From contig CBFHOE010000002.1 in NCBI GenBank assembly GCA_965657355.1, forward strand, positions 504,785-568,784: a stretch of DNA of 64,000 nucleotides, written 5' to 3'. This DNA comes from Limisphaerales bacterium. Lineage in GTDB: Bacteria; Verrucomicrobiota; Verrucomicrobiia; Limisphaerales; JAJOIW01. Made by a program: the position numbers and the translations under genes. Of this stretch, positions 1-9,889 are shown one piece after another; within the stretch, counting starts at the first letter, position 1; each line of letters starts with the position of its first letter. A model generated the notes under the pieces. That model worked only from the letters and a program-made list of their open reading frames with translations. It did no database searches and was not told the DNA's origin.

Positions 1-1
1 A

Positions 2-361
2 TCAAAACCTGAAGAACCGGCGGAAACCTCAGAAAGTGAATTGCAAAAATTCAAGAACAACTCCAAGAGATATAAAAAACAGATGCGCATTCTTCGAGAA
101 CGCCAGTCCCTTCTGCAAAGCCGTCTCAAAAGTGGGAGCGCGAAGAATAAATCCAAATCAAAAATTAATTCTAAAATGTCGCCTTTTCCAATCGAGCGAC
201 TCATAACCGAAACCTTTTTGAGGGTTTTAGGTCGTATTCCGGACGAACGAGAATTTCAATCTGCCATACAGGATGTCAACAAAATGGAAGACCCGGTAGA
301 TGGCATCAAGGAGCTTCTTTGGGCTCTCCTCAACACCAAAGAATTCATGGTAAACCATTAA
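2..361 (+). CDS. C-terminal part of a DUF1549/DUF1553 (PSD1) family protein, truncated by the window edge
   Basis: The frame is open from base 2. It ends in FLRVLGRIP...ELLWALLNTKEFMVNH, the typical DUF1553 C-terminus, and lies directly upstream of a DUF1501 gene. Confidence 0.85.
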   Translation, partial: SKPEEPAETSESELQKFKNNSKRYKKQMRILRERQSLLQSRLKSGSAKNKSKSKINSKMSPFPIERLITETFLRVLGRIPDEREFQSAIQDVNKMEDPVDGIKELLWALLNTKEFMVNH

Positions 362-375
362 AACTTTTGACCCAT

Positions 376-1674
376 ATGAACAATAATTACTACTGCGACG
401 GCATTGAAAGAAGAGATTTTATTAAGGTTGGGGCCCTTGCTGGGTTGGGAGTCAGCTTGCCACAGTGGATTTCTCAGTCCCAAGCAGGCGAAATAAAAGA
501 AAGAAAATCGAAAGCCGCAATATTCGTTCGACTGACAGGTGGTCCAAGCCATATGGATACTTTCGATATGAAACCAAATGCCCCATCGACACATAAAGGG
601 GAATTTAACGAAATATCAACGAAAGTTCCTGGTATTAAAATCAGTGAGCACTTGCCCAAATTAGCTAAATGCACCGACAAGTTTGCCATTGTCAGAGGAA
701 TTTCACACTCGCTTGCTGCACACCAACTCGGGCAGCAGTATTTAGCATCAGGTAACCGGCCAATTGCCTCTCTGCAATACCCCACTTATGGTTCCGTGGT
801 GGCAAAAGAATTGGGTGGGCCCGAGGAATTACCTCCATTTATAGCCATCCCAAACCAAAATAATAATCCAACCGGTTTTTTAGGCGTCGAATATGGCCCT
901 TTTGATACCGGAGCCACACCTCAAAAAGGGCGTCCAATGCGAGTTAGGGGACTAGCCTCCACACCTGGTTTGTCACTCGATGACATTGAAAGAAAACAAA
1001 ATCTCATTAGCCGCTACGATAAAAGGTTTGGATCCTTAAAATACGAAGACAAGATCCTGGCGGGGATGGACGAATTCTCGAGAAAAGCATATCTCATGAT
1101 GCGATCACCGGCTGCCAAAAAGGCATTTGACCTAGCGAAAGAACCAAATAGCATAGGCAATCTCTTTGGGGCAGGAGGATTTTCACAGAGCTGCCTTCTA
1201 TCGACTCGCCTCGTTGAGGCTGGGGTGCCATTCGTCACTATCAGTTATGGAGGTTGGGATACTCATCAGGATAATTTTAATAAATTAAAAGATGTTAATC
1301 TGCCCGAACTAGATGATGGTCTCGCTGGTTTGTTTCAAACCCTAGAACTTAAAGGCTTACTCGAATCCACGACAGTTTTTGTGTCTGGAGAATTTGGACG
1401 CACCCCGAAAATAAATGCGAGAGGTGGAAGAGACCATTACCCGAGGGCTATGTTCTCTCTATTTGCTGGAGGTGGCATTGATGCTGGCCAGGTCGTTGGT
1501 GAAAGTGATAAAAATGGGGAGGGGCCAAAAGATTGGAAAATTACACCTGATGATCTTGCAGCAACGCTGTATTACACTTTGGGAATCGATTACAAAAAAG
1601 AATATCATACTCCCACTGGCAGACCTGTTATGATTGTTCGAGACGGCTCCGTCATAAGGGAGTTGTTATCATAA
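376..1674 (+). CDS. DUF1501 family protein with a Tat-type N-terminus
   Basis: RRDFIK twin-arginine motif, GGPSHMDTFDMKP, GWDTH, GEFGRTPKIN and GRDHYP. Likely start is the ATG at 376. Confidence 0.92.
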   Translation: MNNNYYCDGIERRDFIKVGALAGLGVSLPQWISQSQAGEIKERKSKAAIFVRLTGGPSHMDTFDMKPNAPSTHKGEFNEISTKVPGIKISEHLPKLAKCTDKFAIVRGISHSLAAHQLGQQYLASGNRPIASLQYPTYGSVVAKELGGPEELPPFIAIPNQNNNPTGFLGVEYGPFDTGATPQKGRPMRVRGLASTPGLSLDDIERKQNLISRYDKRFGSLKYEDKILAGMDEFSRKAYLMMRSPAAKKAFDLAKEPNSIGNLFGAGGFSQSCLLSTRLVEAGVPFVTISYGGWDTHQDNFNKLKDVNLPELDDGLAGLFQTLELKGLLESTTVFVSGEFGRTPKINARGGRDHYPRAMFSLFAGGGIDAGQVVGESDKNGEGPKDWKITPDDLAATLYYTLGIDYKKEYHTPTGRPVMIVRDGSVIRELLS

Positions 1675-1823
1675 CTTGAACGGCCGTAAACTTGCCCGCC
1701 TCTTTTTGGCAAAATCTAAATGTACGAAAATTACACAATACATTCCAACAAACCCTTGCCCAAGAGGGTATGTTTTAGTGTCATCTTGTCTTGTCGCAAA
1801 TTTCAAAGATCGCATAAAAGTAT

Positions 1824-2483
1824 ATGAAGAGGGTGGTCATTACCCATGGGCCAGGGTATGAACCCATAGATGAGGCCAGACGAATCACAAATATTTCAAC
1901 TGGACGCCTCGGCACGATGCTTGCCAATGGTTGCGCAGCTGCGGGACTCGATGTTGTGGCATTTCGGGGCGAGTTAGCGACCCACCCGAGAGCCTGCGAC
2001 TCGGTGAATACCAGACAATTCACAACAAACGCAGACCTGATCGACAATCTAAAGTCTCTGGATTCTAGAGAATCCATCCAATTCGTTTTTCATGCGGCGG
2101 CTTTGTGCGATTACCAAGTCGCTGATGTATGCTCCGATTCAGGAAAAAAGATCAATGCTAATAAAATTCCTTCATCAAAGGGAAATATTTCACTAATACT
2201 TGAACCTTCCATCAAAGTTCTGCCACAATTAGGAGAGATATTTCCAAATGCCAGTATCGTAGGATGGAAATACGAACTCAGTGGTGATCGCTCAGATTCA
2301 ATTCAAGCAGGCGTAAATCAAATTGATAAAGTCGGCTCAGCTGGCTGTGTCATCAATGGCAAGGCCTATGGACAAGGGTTTGGATTTCTTCACCCCGACA
2401 AGCATTTAGAACATTTTAATACAGTAGACCAGTTGGTTGATTGGCTTATACGCTGGGTAATATCTGATCAAGAAACTAAATAA
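1824..2483 (+). CDS. coaB: Stand-alone phosphopantothenate-cysteine ligase (CoaB / DFP domain)
   Basis: VITHGPGYEPIDEARRITNISTGRLG, HAAALCDY, KIPS and VGWKYE match CoaB motifs. There is no CoaC domain. Confidence 0.78.
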   Translation: MKRVVITHGPGYEPIDEARRITNISTGRLGTMLANGCAAAGLDVVAFRGELATHPRACDSVNTRQFTTNADLIDNLKSLDSRESIQFVFHAAALCDYQVADVCSDSGKKINANKIPSSKGNISLILEPSIKVLPQLGEIFPNASIVGWKYELSGDRSDSIQAGVNQIDKVGSAGCVINGKAYGQGFGFLHPDKHLEHFNTVDQLVDWLIRWVISDQETK

Positions 2484-3077
2484 ATGGCACCTAAACTAGC
2501 CAGACTGAAACAGGAATCGACGAAGCGCGTAGCACCGGATATGGCAGTGCCTTCCTCGCAATCCTTATCGGGGGTTCGGCGTGGGGCATTAGATGCACTG
2601 CGACAAGGACGCGAACTTCTTTCAATCCTTGATAATGAAAAATACACCTCCGAGTGCGCCCATGCTTTTAATGCGACGATCGGACAGCACTACAGGCATT
2701 GCCTGGATCACTTCGACACTTTCTTAACCCAGGTCTCTGAAGGAGTTGTCAACTACGACCTGCGACTCAGGAAAGCTGATATTGAGGAAAATATTCATGT
2801 GGCACTCGAGTTAACCAAAGAATTTGAAATGGCCATTGAAGAAATGAAAATCCTAGATCCCGATAAAAAGATTTTCCTTAATGCTGGAACCGGCCACGAA
2901 GAACTGACGCTATGCGAATCGACCATCGCAAGAGAGCTCTATTACGTCACCGCGCATGCGACGCATCACTATGCATTAATAGCAGTGATTGGATGTCACT
3001 TTGGTATAGAACTTCCTAAAAATTTCGGGATTGCTCCTTCAACAGTTGCCTATCATGATGCGAAATCAAATGCCTGA
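2484..3077 (+). CDS. DinB/YfiT superfamily protein
   Basis: IGQHYRHCLDHF, VNYDLRLR and RELYYVTAHATHHYALI give a DinB-type His triad. Confidence 0.8.
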   Translation: MAPKLARLKQESTKRVAPDMAVPSSQSLSGVRRGALDALRQGRELLSILDNEKYTSECAHAFNATIGQHYRHCLDHFDTFLTQVSEGVVNYDLRLRKADIEENIHVALELTKEFEMAIEEMKILDPDKKIFLNAGTGHEELTLCESTIARELYYVTAHATHHYALIAVIGCHFGIELPKNFGIAPSTVAYHDAKSNA

Positions 3078-3107
3078 TTTTCAATTCTCATTTTTGCTCG
3101 AGTCTAA

Positions 3108-4775
3108 ATGGACACCTCATCTGGAACCCCGATAGAGATACCCTTTGGTTTCAGCGAATGGCATCCTTCATTACAAATCTTATTTTTTGCCTTGGCTGCC
3201 CTGGTCAGCGAAGACGCCACAATGGTGTCTGCATCAGTTCTTGCAGGGGCTGGGCAAATATCTCGCTCCATAGCTTTTTTCGGAGCTTTCTTTGGAATCT
3301 GGATAGGCGATTTTTTACTCTACCTCATTGCCTTTAAATGCAGAAACTGGGCGCAAAAAAATAAGTTCTTCAGAAAATGGACCAGTGGGCCAAAATTCGC
3401 CCGATACGAGAATTGGTTTCACAAGAAAGGTTGGCAGGCCATTGTCATCTCAAGATTTCTTCCCGGCACGAGGGTTGGGTGCTTTGTGGCAGCTGGTTAT
3501 CTTAGAATGAAAATGTGGCCCTTTGCTTTTATTACTTTCACATGCGCTTTCATTTGGGCCGTTATGATTTTTCTTATTTTCGAACGAGTCGGAAATGCAG
3601 TTATGGTTCACCTTGCTCAAGTTTATAAATCATTTTGGATTATAGTCGTTGTCATAACCGTAGCCTTCTTTTTATTCAAATTAGCTTTGAGCCTATCTGA
3701 TATTGATGGCAGAAAGTTATGGAAAATACGTTGTCAGAAATTATTAAGATGGGAGTTTTGGCCGGGTTGGATATTTTACTCCCCAGTATTTTTTCATTAC
3801 TTTTTTCTAGCCTTAAAATACAGATCATTATCACTGCCAACAATTTCAAACCCAGGAATGGAAAACGGAGGATTCGTTGGAGAAAGTAAAGCTCAGATTC
3901 TAAAATCAATAGAAGACTCGAAATGCAAACAGTCACTCCCATTTGATTTTATTTCCCACCAACTTGAAATTCCGGAAAAAATACAAATCATAAAGAATTG
4001 GATGTCAGAAAATGAAATCCAATTTCCGATTATCTTAAAGCCCGACGTTGGACAAAGAGGGCAAGGAGTCAAATTAATAAAGACCGAGACAGAGGCACTT
4101 GAATACCTGTCAAAAAACCAGATTGACATGATTTGTCAAAAATCCGCTCTAGGAAAAAGAGAAGCGGGAATCTTTTATATACGCGAACCTAAAAATAAAA
4201 ACGGATTCATTTTTTCTGTTACTGAAAAAGTCTTCCCCTTCATAACCGGAGATGGAAAAACCAATATCAAAGACTTGATCTGGGAGCACCCAAGAGCAAA
4301 ATTTCAAAGTAAAATATTTTTTGATCGATTTGATGATAAATTGGAATCAATTCCTAAAAAGAATGAAAATATTCCACTAGTTTTTGCTGGCAATCACGCA
4401 CAAGGGACACTGTTCTTGAGCGGGGATAAGTGGATTTCAAAAGAACTAGAGAACCAAATCGATCTTATCAGCAAACAAATTGATGGATTTAATTTTGGAA
4501 GATATGACGTACGCTTCAATTCAACTGAGGATTTGATAAATGGGGAATTTGAAATCATTGAATTGAATGGAGCAACCTCTGAAGCAACGAGTATATATGA
4601 TCCAAATAACCCAATTTGGTCGGCCTACAAAACTCTTTTTAAACAATGGGACTATGCCTTTAAAGTTGGAGATGGTCATAGAAAAAGGGGTCTGAAACCT
4701 ATTGGATTTTTGGATTTGTTTAGGTATTATAAGGCTAGCAAAAAAAAGTCACCAAAACACCAAATATCAGATTAA
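3108..4775 (+). CDS. DedA/VTT membrane domain fused to a D-Ala-D-Ala-ligase-like ATP-grasp domain
   Basis: N-terminal TM helices with SED, GD and SRFLPGTR (DedA). C-terminal PIILKPDVGQRGQGV, FGRYDVR and IIELNG (ATP-grasp). Confidence 0.85.
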   Translation: MDTSSGTPIEIPFGFSEWHPSLQILFFALAALVSEDATMVSASVLAGAGQISRSIAFFGAFFGIWIGDFLLYLIAFKCRNWAQKNKFFRKWTSGPKFARYENWFHKKGWQAIVISRFLPGTRVGCFVAAGYLRMKMWPFAFITFTCAFIWAVMIFLIFERVGNAVMVHLAQVYKSFWIIVVVITVAFFLFKLALSLSDIDGRKLWKIRCQKLLRWEFWPGWIFYSPVFFHYFFLALKYRSLSLPTISNPGMENGGFVGESKAQILKSIEDSKCKQSLPFDFISHQLEIPEKIQIIKNWMSENEIQFPIILKPDVGQRGQGVKLIKTETEALEYLSKNQIDMICQKSALGKREAGIFYIREPKNKNGFIFSVTEKVFPFITGDGKTNIKDLIWEHPRAKFQSKIFFDRFDDKLESIPKKNENIPLVFAGNHAQGTLFLSGDKWISKELENQIDLISKQIDGFNFGRYDVRFNSTEDLINGEFEIIELNGATSEATSIYDPNNPIWSAYKTLFKQWDYAFKVGDGHRKRGLKPIGFLDLFRYYKASKKKSPKHQISD

Positions 4776-4802
4776 TTGTCCCCACCCTTCCTTGCAACCA
4801 AC

Positions 4803-5537
4803 ATGTGTACGCTGACCTTCATACCAAATAAAAATGACTCCATTTTGCTCGCCATGAATAGAGACGAATCTCGTTCTCGTGCCAAGGCCTGTAATCCTGT
4901 TGTCTTTAATAGAGACGGTGTGATAGTCACACATCCATTTGAGCCATCGACAGGCACGTGGGTATCAACAAATTCATTTGGCGTCTCATTTGCTCTCCTT
5001 AATTGGTATTCAGTCTCGAACGATATAGAAATAAAATCACCCAGAAGCAGAGGGTTTTTGGTTAAGGATATCTCAACATCAAGATCTCCATCTGGCACTG
5101 AAGAAAGACTACTATTAGAAACGCTCCAACAGACAATGCCCTTCCGATTGGTTGGATTTTTCCCCACCACCAGGGAAATAGTTGAATGGAGATGGAATGG
5201 TTTCAAGCTTGAAAACCTTGATTTCCAGTGGGAACAAAATATGTGGGCCAGCTCTGGTTTCAATGAACCAGTGGCACAACGCAAAAGAAGAATCACCCTG
5301 GAGAATCTAGAACATCCAAAAGATGTTTCGACCACTCAATTTTTGAGAAATTTTCATAGTTCTCATGAGCCTGAGCCTGGACCATTCTCTGTGTGTATGC
5401 ACCGGGAAGAAGCAGAAACACTTTCCTATACTGAGATCGAGACAAATAATGAAATATCTGAACTAAGGTATTTCCCCGGACCACTTTGCAGAAATCCTAA
5501 AGCCACTGTAAAGCAGGTAAAGATCTCAAACATTTAA
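4803..5537 (+). CDS. NRDE/TANGO2 family protein (Ntn-hydrolase-like fold)
   Basis: MCTLTF start with an N-terminal Cys, AMNRDE, GTW, ALLN and SRGFLV. Confidence 0.88.
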   Translation: MCTLTFIPNKNDSILLAMNRDESRSRAKACNPVVFNRDGVIVTHPFEPSTGTWVSTNSFGVSFALLNWYSVSNDIEIKSPRSRGFLVKDISTSRSPSGTEERLLLETLQQTMPFRLVGFFPTTREIVEWRWNGFKLENLDFQWEQNMWASSGFNEPVAQRKRRITLENLEHPKDVSTTQFLRNFHSSHEPEPGPFSVCMHREEAETLSYTEIETNNEISELRYFPGPLCRNPKATVKQVKISNI

Positions 5538-5549
5538 CCTCGAAAAAAT

Positions 5550-5975
5550 TCATATCCCGGAGTAAGAGTCAAGTTGGCGCCTTTCCTTTTTAGTTGGGCG
5601 TCCAGTTCCTTTTGACCTAGTGGGTATTTGAAACCTTTGCGGGATATAGTTCTCTGATTTTTCTATCGGTGGGGAGTTGTCTTCCAGGTAGTTATTAACC
5701 AGCTTGGCTCCAACCCGCTTATCCAGCAAGCCCTTTACAACGACTTTTCGCCTTATTGTCCCTACCCTGGCCTCAATTTCTTGGTCGATTTTTACGGCAT
5801 GGGATGGTTTAACGTTAGATCCATCGATTTTAACATGCCCGGCTTTGCAAGCCTCGGTTGCCAAACTGCGTGTTTTATAAATTCGAACAGCCCACATCCA
5901 TTTATCAATTCTGACCGGACTAGCCTGATTTTTCTCTGTGGCAGGAACGCCATTTCCAATCAACTCTTTGGCCAT
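5550..5975 (-). CDS. hslR: Ribosome-associated heat shock protein Hsp15 (S4 domain)
   Basis: RIDKWMWAVRIYKTRSLA and GRPTKKERR. Confidence 0.92.
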   Translation of the reverse strand: MAKELIGNGVPATEKNQASPVRIDKWMWAVRIYKTRSLATEACKAGHVKIDGSNVKPSHAVKIDQEIEARVGTIRRKVVVKGLLDKRVGAKLVNNYLEDNSPPIEKSENYIPQRFQIPTRSKGTGRPTKKERRQLDSYSGI

Positions 5976-5978
5976 ATC

Positions 5979-7163
5979 TCAGAATTTGTTATGGATTAAT
6001 TCTATAGCGACAAGGCTATAGCTCGTTACAAGCACGGGATCATTTTCCCACCACCTTGAAGTCGGATTGATCCAGCTACCATCTTGTTTTTGAAGGTCCA
6101 TAAGTTTGAGTGCCAACTCTTTTTTCCAATGAACCTCTTTCCCTTGAGCGTCCTTAAAAGAGTGCGTTTCAGAAGCAGTTAGCGCCTTCGACATGGTATG
6201 AAAATAATAGAATAAGCCTTGTTGCCCCATACCCGGATTTTCATCAAGCGTGTAATTTTCGGATAGCCATTTTTGGACCGCAAGAACGCGCTTATCATCT
6301 TTGTTTAATTTGGCATAAACGAGGCTAAGTAAACCTGCATAGCTGATACTCCCATAGGATCGCAATGCTACTCGACCATCAGATAATTTAACTTTATCTG
6401 ATTTAGTATTACCGGGAAAATACACAAATCCACCTTTGTTTCCTTTTTCGTCAGAAACCCAAGGTTCTTTATTTGTTTCAGAATTATTCTGGCATTTAGA
6501 TATAAATTCTATAGCTGCCTCCCAATTTAAGTCATTTACACCGGGTTTGACAGCCTCGCCTCTGTATGCCTCAGAATACCTTAGCGCTTCCAACGCCAAT
6601 AGAGTATTAGACATATCCGAGTGCGGATAACTGTTACCATATCCAACTCCACCATCTAGATTTGTATCGACAACACCTTTCTCTCCAAAATCAAATTGCC
6701 CTCTGACAATGAAGCGCCGCGCACTCTTGATATATTCAGAAAGACTTGGATCCTTGACCGCAGTCATTGCCATTATAGCAAGTGAGGTATTGTAATTAGC
6801 GAGCCCTTGCCCCGGGGTGTAAACACCACCATCGGGTTGTATTTTAGAGAGAAGAAAGGCAATACCTTTATCGATCTGCCCCTTTCTTTTTTCAACTATA
6901 TTCTCAAGAGCAGGATCATTGAGCAGAGCGAACAAAGCAAAACCAGTTATAGCAGGGTGATCAGAATCGGACCAGAAACCTGCTGGATCTTGTTGTTCAA
7001 GCAACCACTTCGATCCTTTCTTAATGACATTTTTGAGCTCTAATTTAAATGAGTAGTCTGAGGCATCAGAAAACGGAAGCTTTGACTGACTTAGTAAATT
7101 AATTTCAGGGAAAGCCATCCCAATAATAACAAGACAAGGGGCTATAAATCTGGAAAATTTCAT
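5979..7163 (-). CDS. Secreted prenyltransferase/squalene-oxidase-repeat (alpha/alpha-barrel) protein
   Basis: Signal peptide and QW-like repeats (QDPAGFW, QPDGG, QKQDGSW). No DXDD cyclase motif is present. Confidence 0.75.
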   Translation of the reverse strand: MKFSRFIAPCLVIIGMAFPEINLLSQSKLPFSDASDYSFKLELKNVIKKGSKWLLEQQDPAGFWSDSDHPAITGFALFALLNDPALENIVEKRKGQIDKGIAFLLSKIQPDGGVYTPGQGLANYNTSLAIMAMTAVKDPSLSEYIKSARRFIVRGQFDFGEKGVVDTNLDGGVGYGNSYPHSDMSNTLLALEALRYSEAYRGEAVKPGVNDLNWEAAIEFISKCQNNSETNKEPWVSDEKGNKGGFVYFPGNTKSDKVKLSDGRVALRSYGSISYAGLLSLVYAKLNKDDKRVLAVQKWLSENYTLDENPGMGQQGLFYYFHTMSKALTASETHSFKDAQGKEVHWKKELALKLMDLQKQDGSWINPTSRWWENDPVLVTSYSLVAIELIHNKF

Positions 7164-7169
7164 AATTAA

Positions 7170-7901
7170 CTATAAATCTTTGCCTAATGGTCTAACAGTT
7201 AACATCACGGTAAGATTTTGTCCAACCTGGATGTCCTTGGGCATATTCGCCTCCCATATGTCATCTTGTGAACTTTCAGGCCTCGGGTTTCCTACCACGG
7301 CGTCAGAATCTTCGCGCACAGCCACAAGTGACCCATCGCGTGATGCGATAAAAACATTTTCCTCAACCCGTGATCCTAAGTATCCCCAGGGCCCCGGTTT
7401 CATTGGTTTTTCGAGCAATGAATTTTTTATCCATCTATCCACATTTACTACCTTCACATTTCCTCCAGGGTCCTCATAACGGATCTGGATCCCAATCTGA
7501 TTTTCATGCAACGAACGGACGGAAGGAAGTCTCTTTTTGGGCAATAGAAGAAGGAGGGCAGCATTTAAATGCTCTGCTTTTATGGATGTTTTAAATAAGC
7601 TCTCGTGAGTTTTTCCGGTATCGTGGACTAATACATACTCCACTAGGCCTTGTGTCATGTTAACTTTTGCAGGAATCATAATTTTTCGTTCCTTAGGGTC
7701 AACCTGAACGCCAAAAAGATTTATAAGTTCTATTTTTTCATCGGGTACATTTTTCACCTTTGCCTCGGATTTGTATTCTTGCTCGGTATTACCAGCTGCG
7801 AGCACTAGTGAAACCGTGCATGAAATGACACAGCTACAGACGAAGTAAAATGGAAAATGACTCACTTGAGTAGAATATAAGTCTGAAGACAGTGATTGCA
7901 A
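7170..7901 (-). CDS. YdjY-like exported protein (start uncertain)
   Basis: Hydrophobic N-terminus, then PAKVN...LVEYVLV...KTHESLF...LNAALLLL and WGYLGSR. Confidence 0.55.
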   Translation of the reverse strand: MQSLSSDLYSTQVSHFPFYFVCSCVISCTVSLVLAAGNTEQEYKSEAKVKNVPDEKIELINLFGVQVDPKERKIMIPAKVNMTQGLVEYVLVHDTGKTHESLFKTSIKAEHLNAALLLLLPKKRLPSVRSLHENQIGIQIRYEDPGGNVKVVNVDRWIKNSLLEKPMKPGPWGYLGSRVEENVFIASRDGSLVAVREDSDAVVGNPRPESSQDDIWEANMPKDIQVGQNLTVMLTVRPLGKDL

Positions 7902-7923
7902 TGTATTCCCGAAGTCTTAGCTA

Positions 7924-8739
7924 TTAACCTTTCAATCCCTTAAAAAAATGGTGGGCAGTATTTGTGGTTATATCAGCTAATTCATCAATTGTCGTACCCT
8001 TGATTTGAGCTATGGTTTTGGCAACGTGAAAAACGTGATGCGGATAACATTTTTTGCCACGGAAAGGAACAGGTGCAAGATATGGGCAGTCAGTTTCAAC
8101 CATCAACTTATCAATGGGAGTCGCTTCAACAGTAACTCTTACTTCTTCAGCATTCTTAAATGTGACAATCCCAGTGAAACTAACCAGCGACCCCATGGCT
8201 TCAACCATTTTTTGCTGCTCTGGGGAACCAACAAAACAATGAAAAACTCCCTTTACTTTATCTGCTAGAGGTTGCAGGTATTTCATTGTTTCATCAAAAG
8301 CTGACCTTTGATGAATGACCAAATTTAAATTCGATTCAATAGCCACCTCTATCTGCTGCTCAAATAAATGAGCTTGCTTTTCAATATACCGGGAATCGTC
8401 AGCTTCAGATTTTGATTCATCCATTTGACTTGGCATCCGGTAATAATCCAACCCCGTCTCCCCGATAGCTACGACTTTGGAGTTTTTAGCCATTTGTTTC
8501 AATTCAGTTCGGATGTCATCTGGAGCATTCAGGGCGTCACATGGGTGACACCCAACAACAGCATAAATGGGATCGTATTTCTCCGAGAGCTGAATCACTT
8601 CTTCGCTCGCTTTCAGGTCTGTTGCTATAGCAATAATTTTTTCAACACCCAACTCCTCGCAGTCCGATAATACATTGTCAATATTGTCTGAGAAATCGGG
8701 GTAGTTGATGTGAGCGTGTGTATCGATAATTCCAGGCAT
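7924..8739 (-). CDS. tatD: TatD family DNase
   Basis: IDTHAH, GCHP, IGETGLDY, HCF and ETDCPYLAP. Confidence 0.95.
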   Translation of the reverse strand: MPGIIDTHAHINYPDFSDNIDNVLSDCEELGVEKIIAIATDLKASEEVIQLSEKYDPIYAVVGCHPCDALNAPDDIRTELKQMAKNSKVVAIGETGLDYYRMPSQMDESKSEADDSRYIEKQAHLFEQQIEVAIESNLNLVIHQRSAFDETMKYLQPLADKVKGVFHCFVGSPEQQKMVEAMGSLVSFTGIVTFKNAEEVRVTVEATPIDKLMVETDCPYLAPVPFRGKKCYPHHVFHVAKTIAQIKGTTIDELADITTNTAHHFFKGLKG

Positions 8740-8822
8740 TTTTTAAAGAGCTTTTAAAAACCTATTCAAATAATGTTTCAATTTATGTCGGGCTAATGAC
8801 TTTCGACTGGGTCACGAGGAAT

Positions 8823-9749
8823 CTAATTGAGGTCATTTAATTCGCTTTGAGGCTCTTTATCAGAAATAGATCTTCGTCGCTGAATATCCATACGACCCTC
8901 GTTATATAATACAATTGAATTACTCGGAACGCTATCCATCAAAAACACATTGCCTCCAATGATACTTCCTTCCCCGATGATTGTGTCCCCCCCCACAATA
9001 GTTGCTCCGGCATAAATAGTGACACGGCTTTCAATTTTAGGGTGACGCTTCTTACCTCTGAGTTTTTGCCCAGCAGCAAGTGATTTAGCGACCAGTCCAA
9101 CATTGTGATAAAGCTTCACATGATTTCCGATCTCACAAGTCTCACCCAATACAGTGCCAGTGCCATGATCTATAAAAAAATGTGTCCCTATTTGTGCTCC
9201 CGGATGAAGATCCATTCCGGTGCGGGCATGAACCCACTCTGTCATAATTCGAGGAATTAAGGGAATGTGGTAGCTGTAGAGAGCGTGCGCCAGGCGCTGA
9301 ACAGTAATTGCTTCAATAAATGGATAAGAGACAATGACCTCGTCCATGCTCAAAGCCGCTGGATCTCCATTGAATGCTGCTTCGGCATCTGTCTGCAAAA
9401 TTTCTCGAATCTCGGGAATTTTCAATAAAAACTGATCTACTACATGCTCTGAATATTTATTGGGGTCCTTTTCGCTAATTTCTTCTGGCATGTGGTGAAG
9501 TAGGCTTTTTCGAATCTGCCTCTTCAATTTAATGCCCAATGAACAAACTATCTGCTGAGTTTCAAAATCAATATCGTTTTTTTGATGAACTTTATCATCA
9601 AAAAATCCAGGAAAAATAAGGTGCAAAAGCTGCTCAGCAATTTTTGAAATAGCTAGCTTAGATGGGAGATTGTGCCCCTCATTGTAGTTTATTCCTCCCA
9701 GCTTATTGTAAGAATCGAGTATTCTCCTGGTGTATTCGCAATCAGTCAT
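8823..9749 (-). CDS. cysE: Serine O-acetyltransferase (long form)
   Basis: GDPAA, DLHPGAQIG, FIDHGTGTVLGET and KRHP, with a hexapeptide-repeat region. Confidence 0.9.
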   Translation of the reverse strand: MTDCEYTRRILDSYNKLGGINYNEGHNLPSKLAISKIAEQLLHLIFPGFFDDKVHQKNDIDFETQQIVCSLGIKLKRQIRKSLLHHMPEEISEKDPNKYSEHVVDQFLLKIPEIREILQTDAEAAFNGDPAALSMDEVIVSYPFIEAITVQRLAHALYSYHIPLIPRIMTEWVHARTGMDLHPGAQIGTHFFIDHGTGTVLGETCEIGNHVKLYHNVGLVAKSLAAGQKLRGKKRHPKIESRVTIYAGATIVGGDTIIGEGSIIGGNVFLMDSVPSNSIVLYNEGRMDIQRRRSISDKEPQSELNDLN

Positions 9750-9889
9750 ACATACAGGCTATATCGCCTATCTTTCACACTCAACCATTCGTTACGTCAA
9801 AAAGATCAACAAAGGCTTAACGCACATGATGGAATTTGGGTGTCATCTTTTTTCTACCAAAACTAGAATTCAGTTATTCGCCAATCGGG

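Noticed and set aside
5979..7163. Squalene-hopene cyclase partnering hpnD
   Set aside because: It is too short for a two-domain cyclase, has a signal peptide and lacks DXDD.
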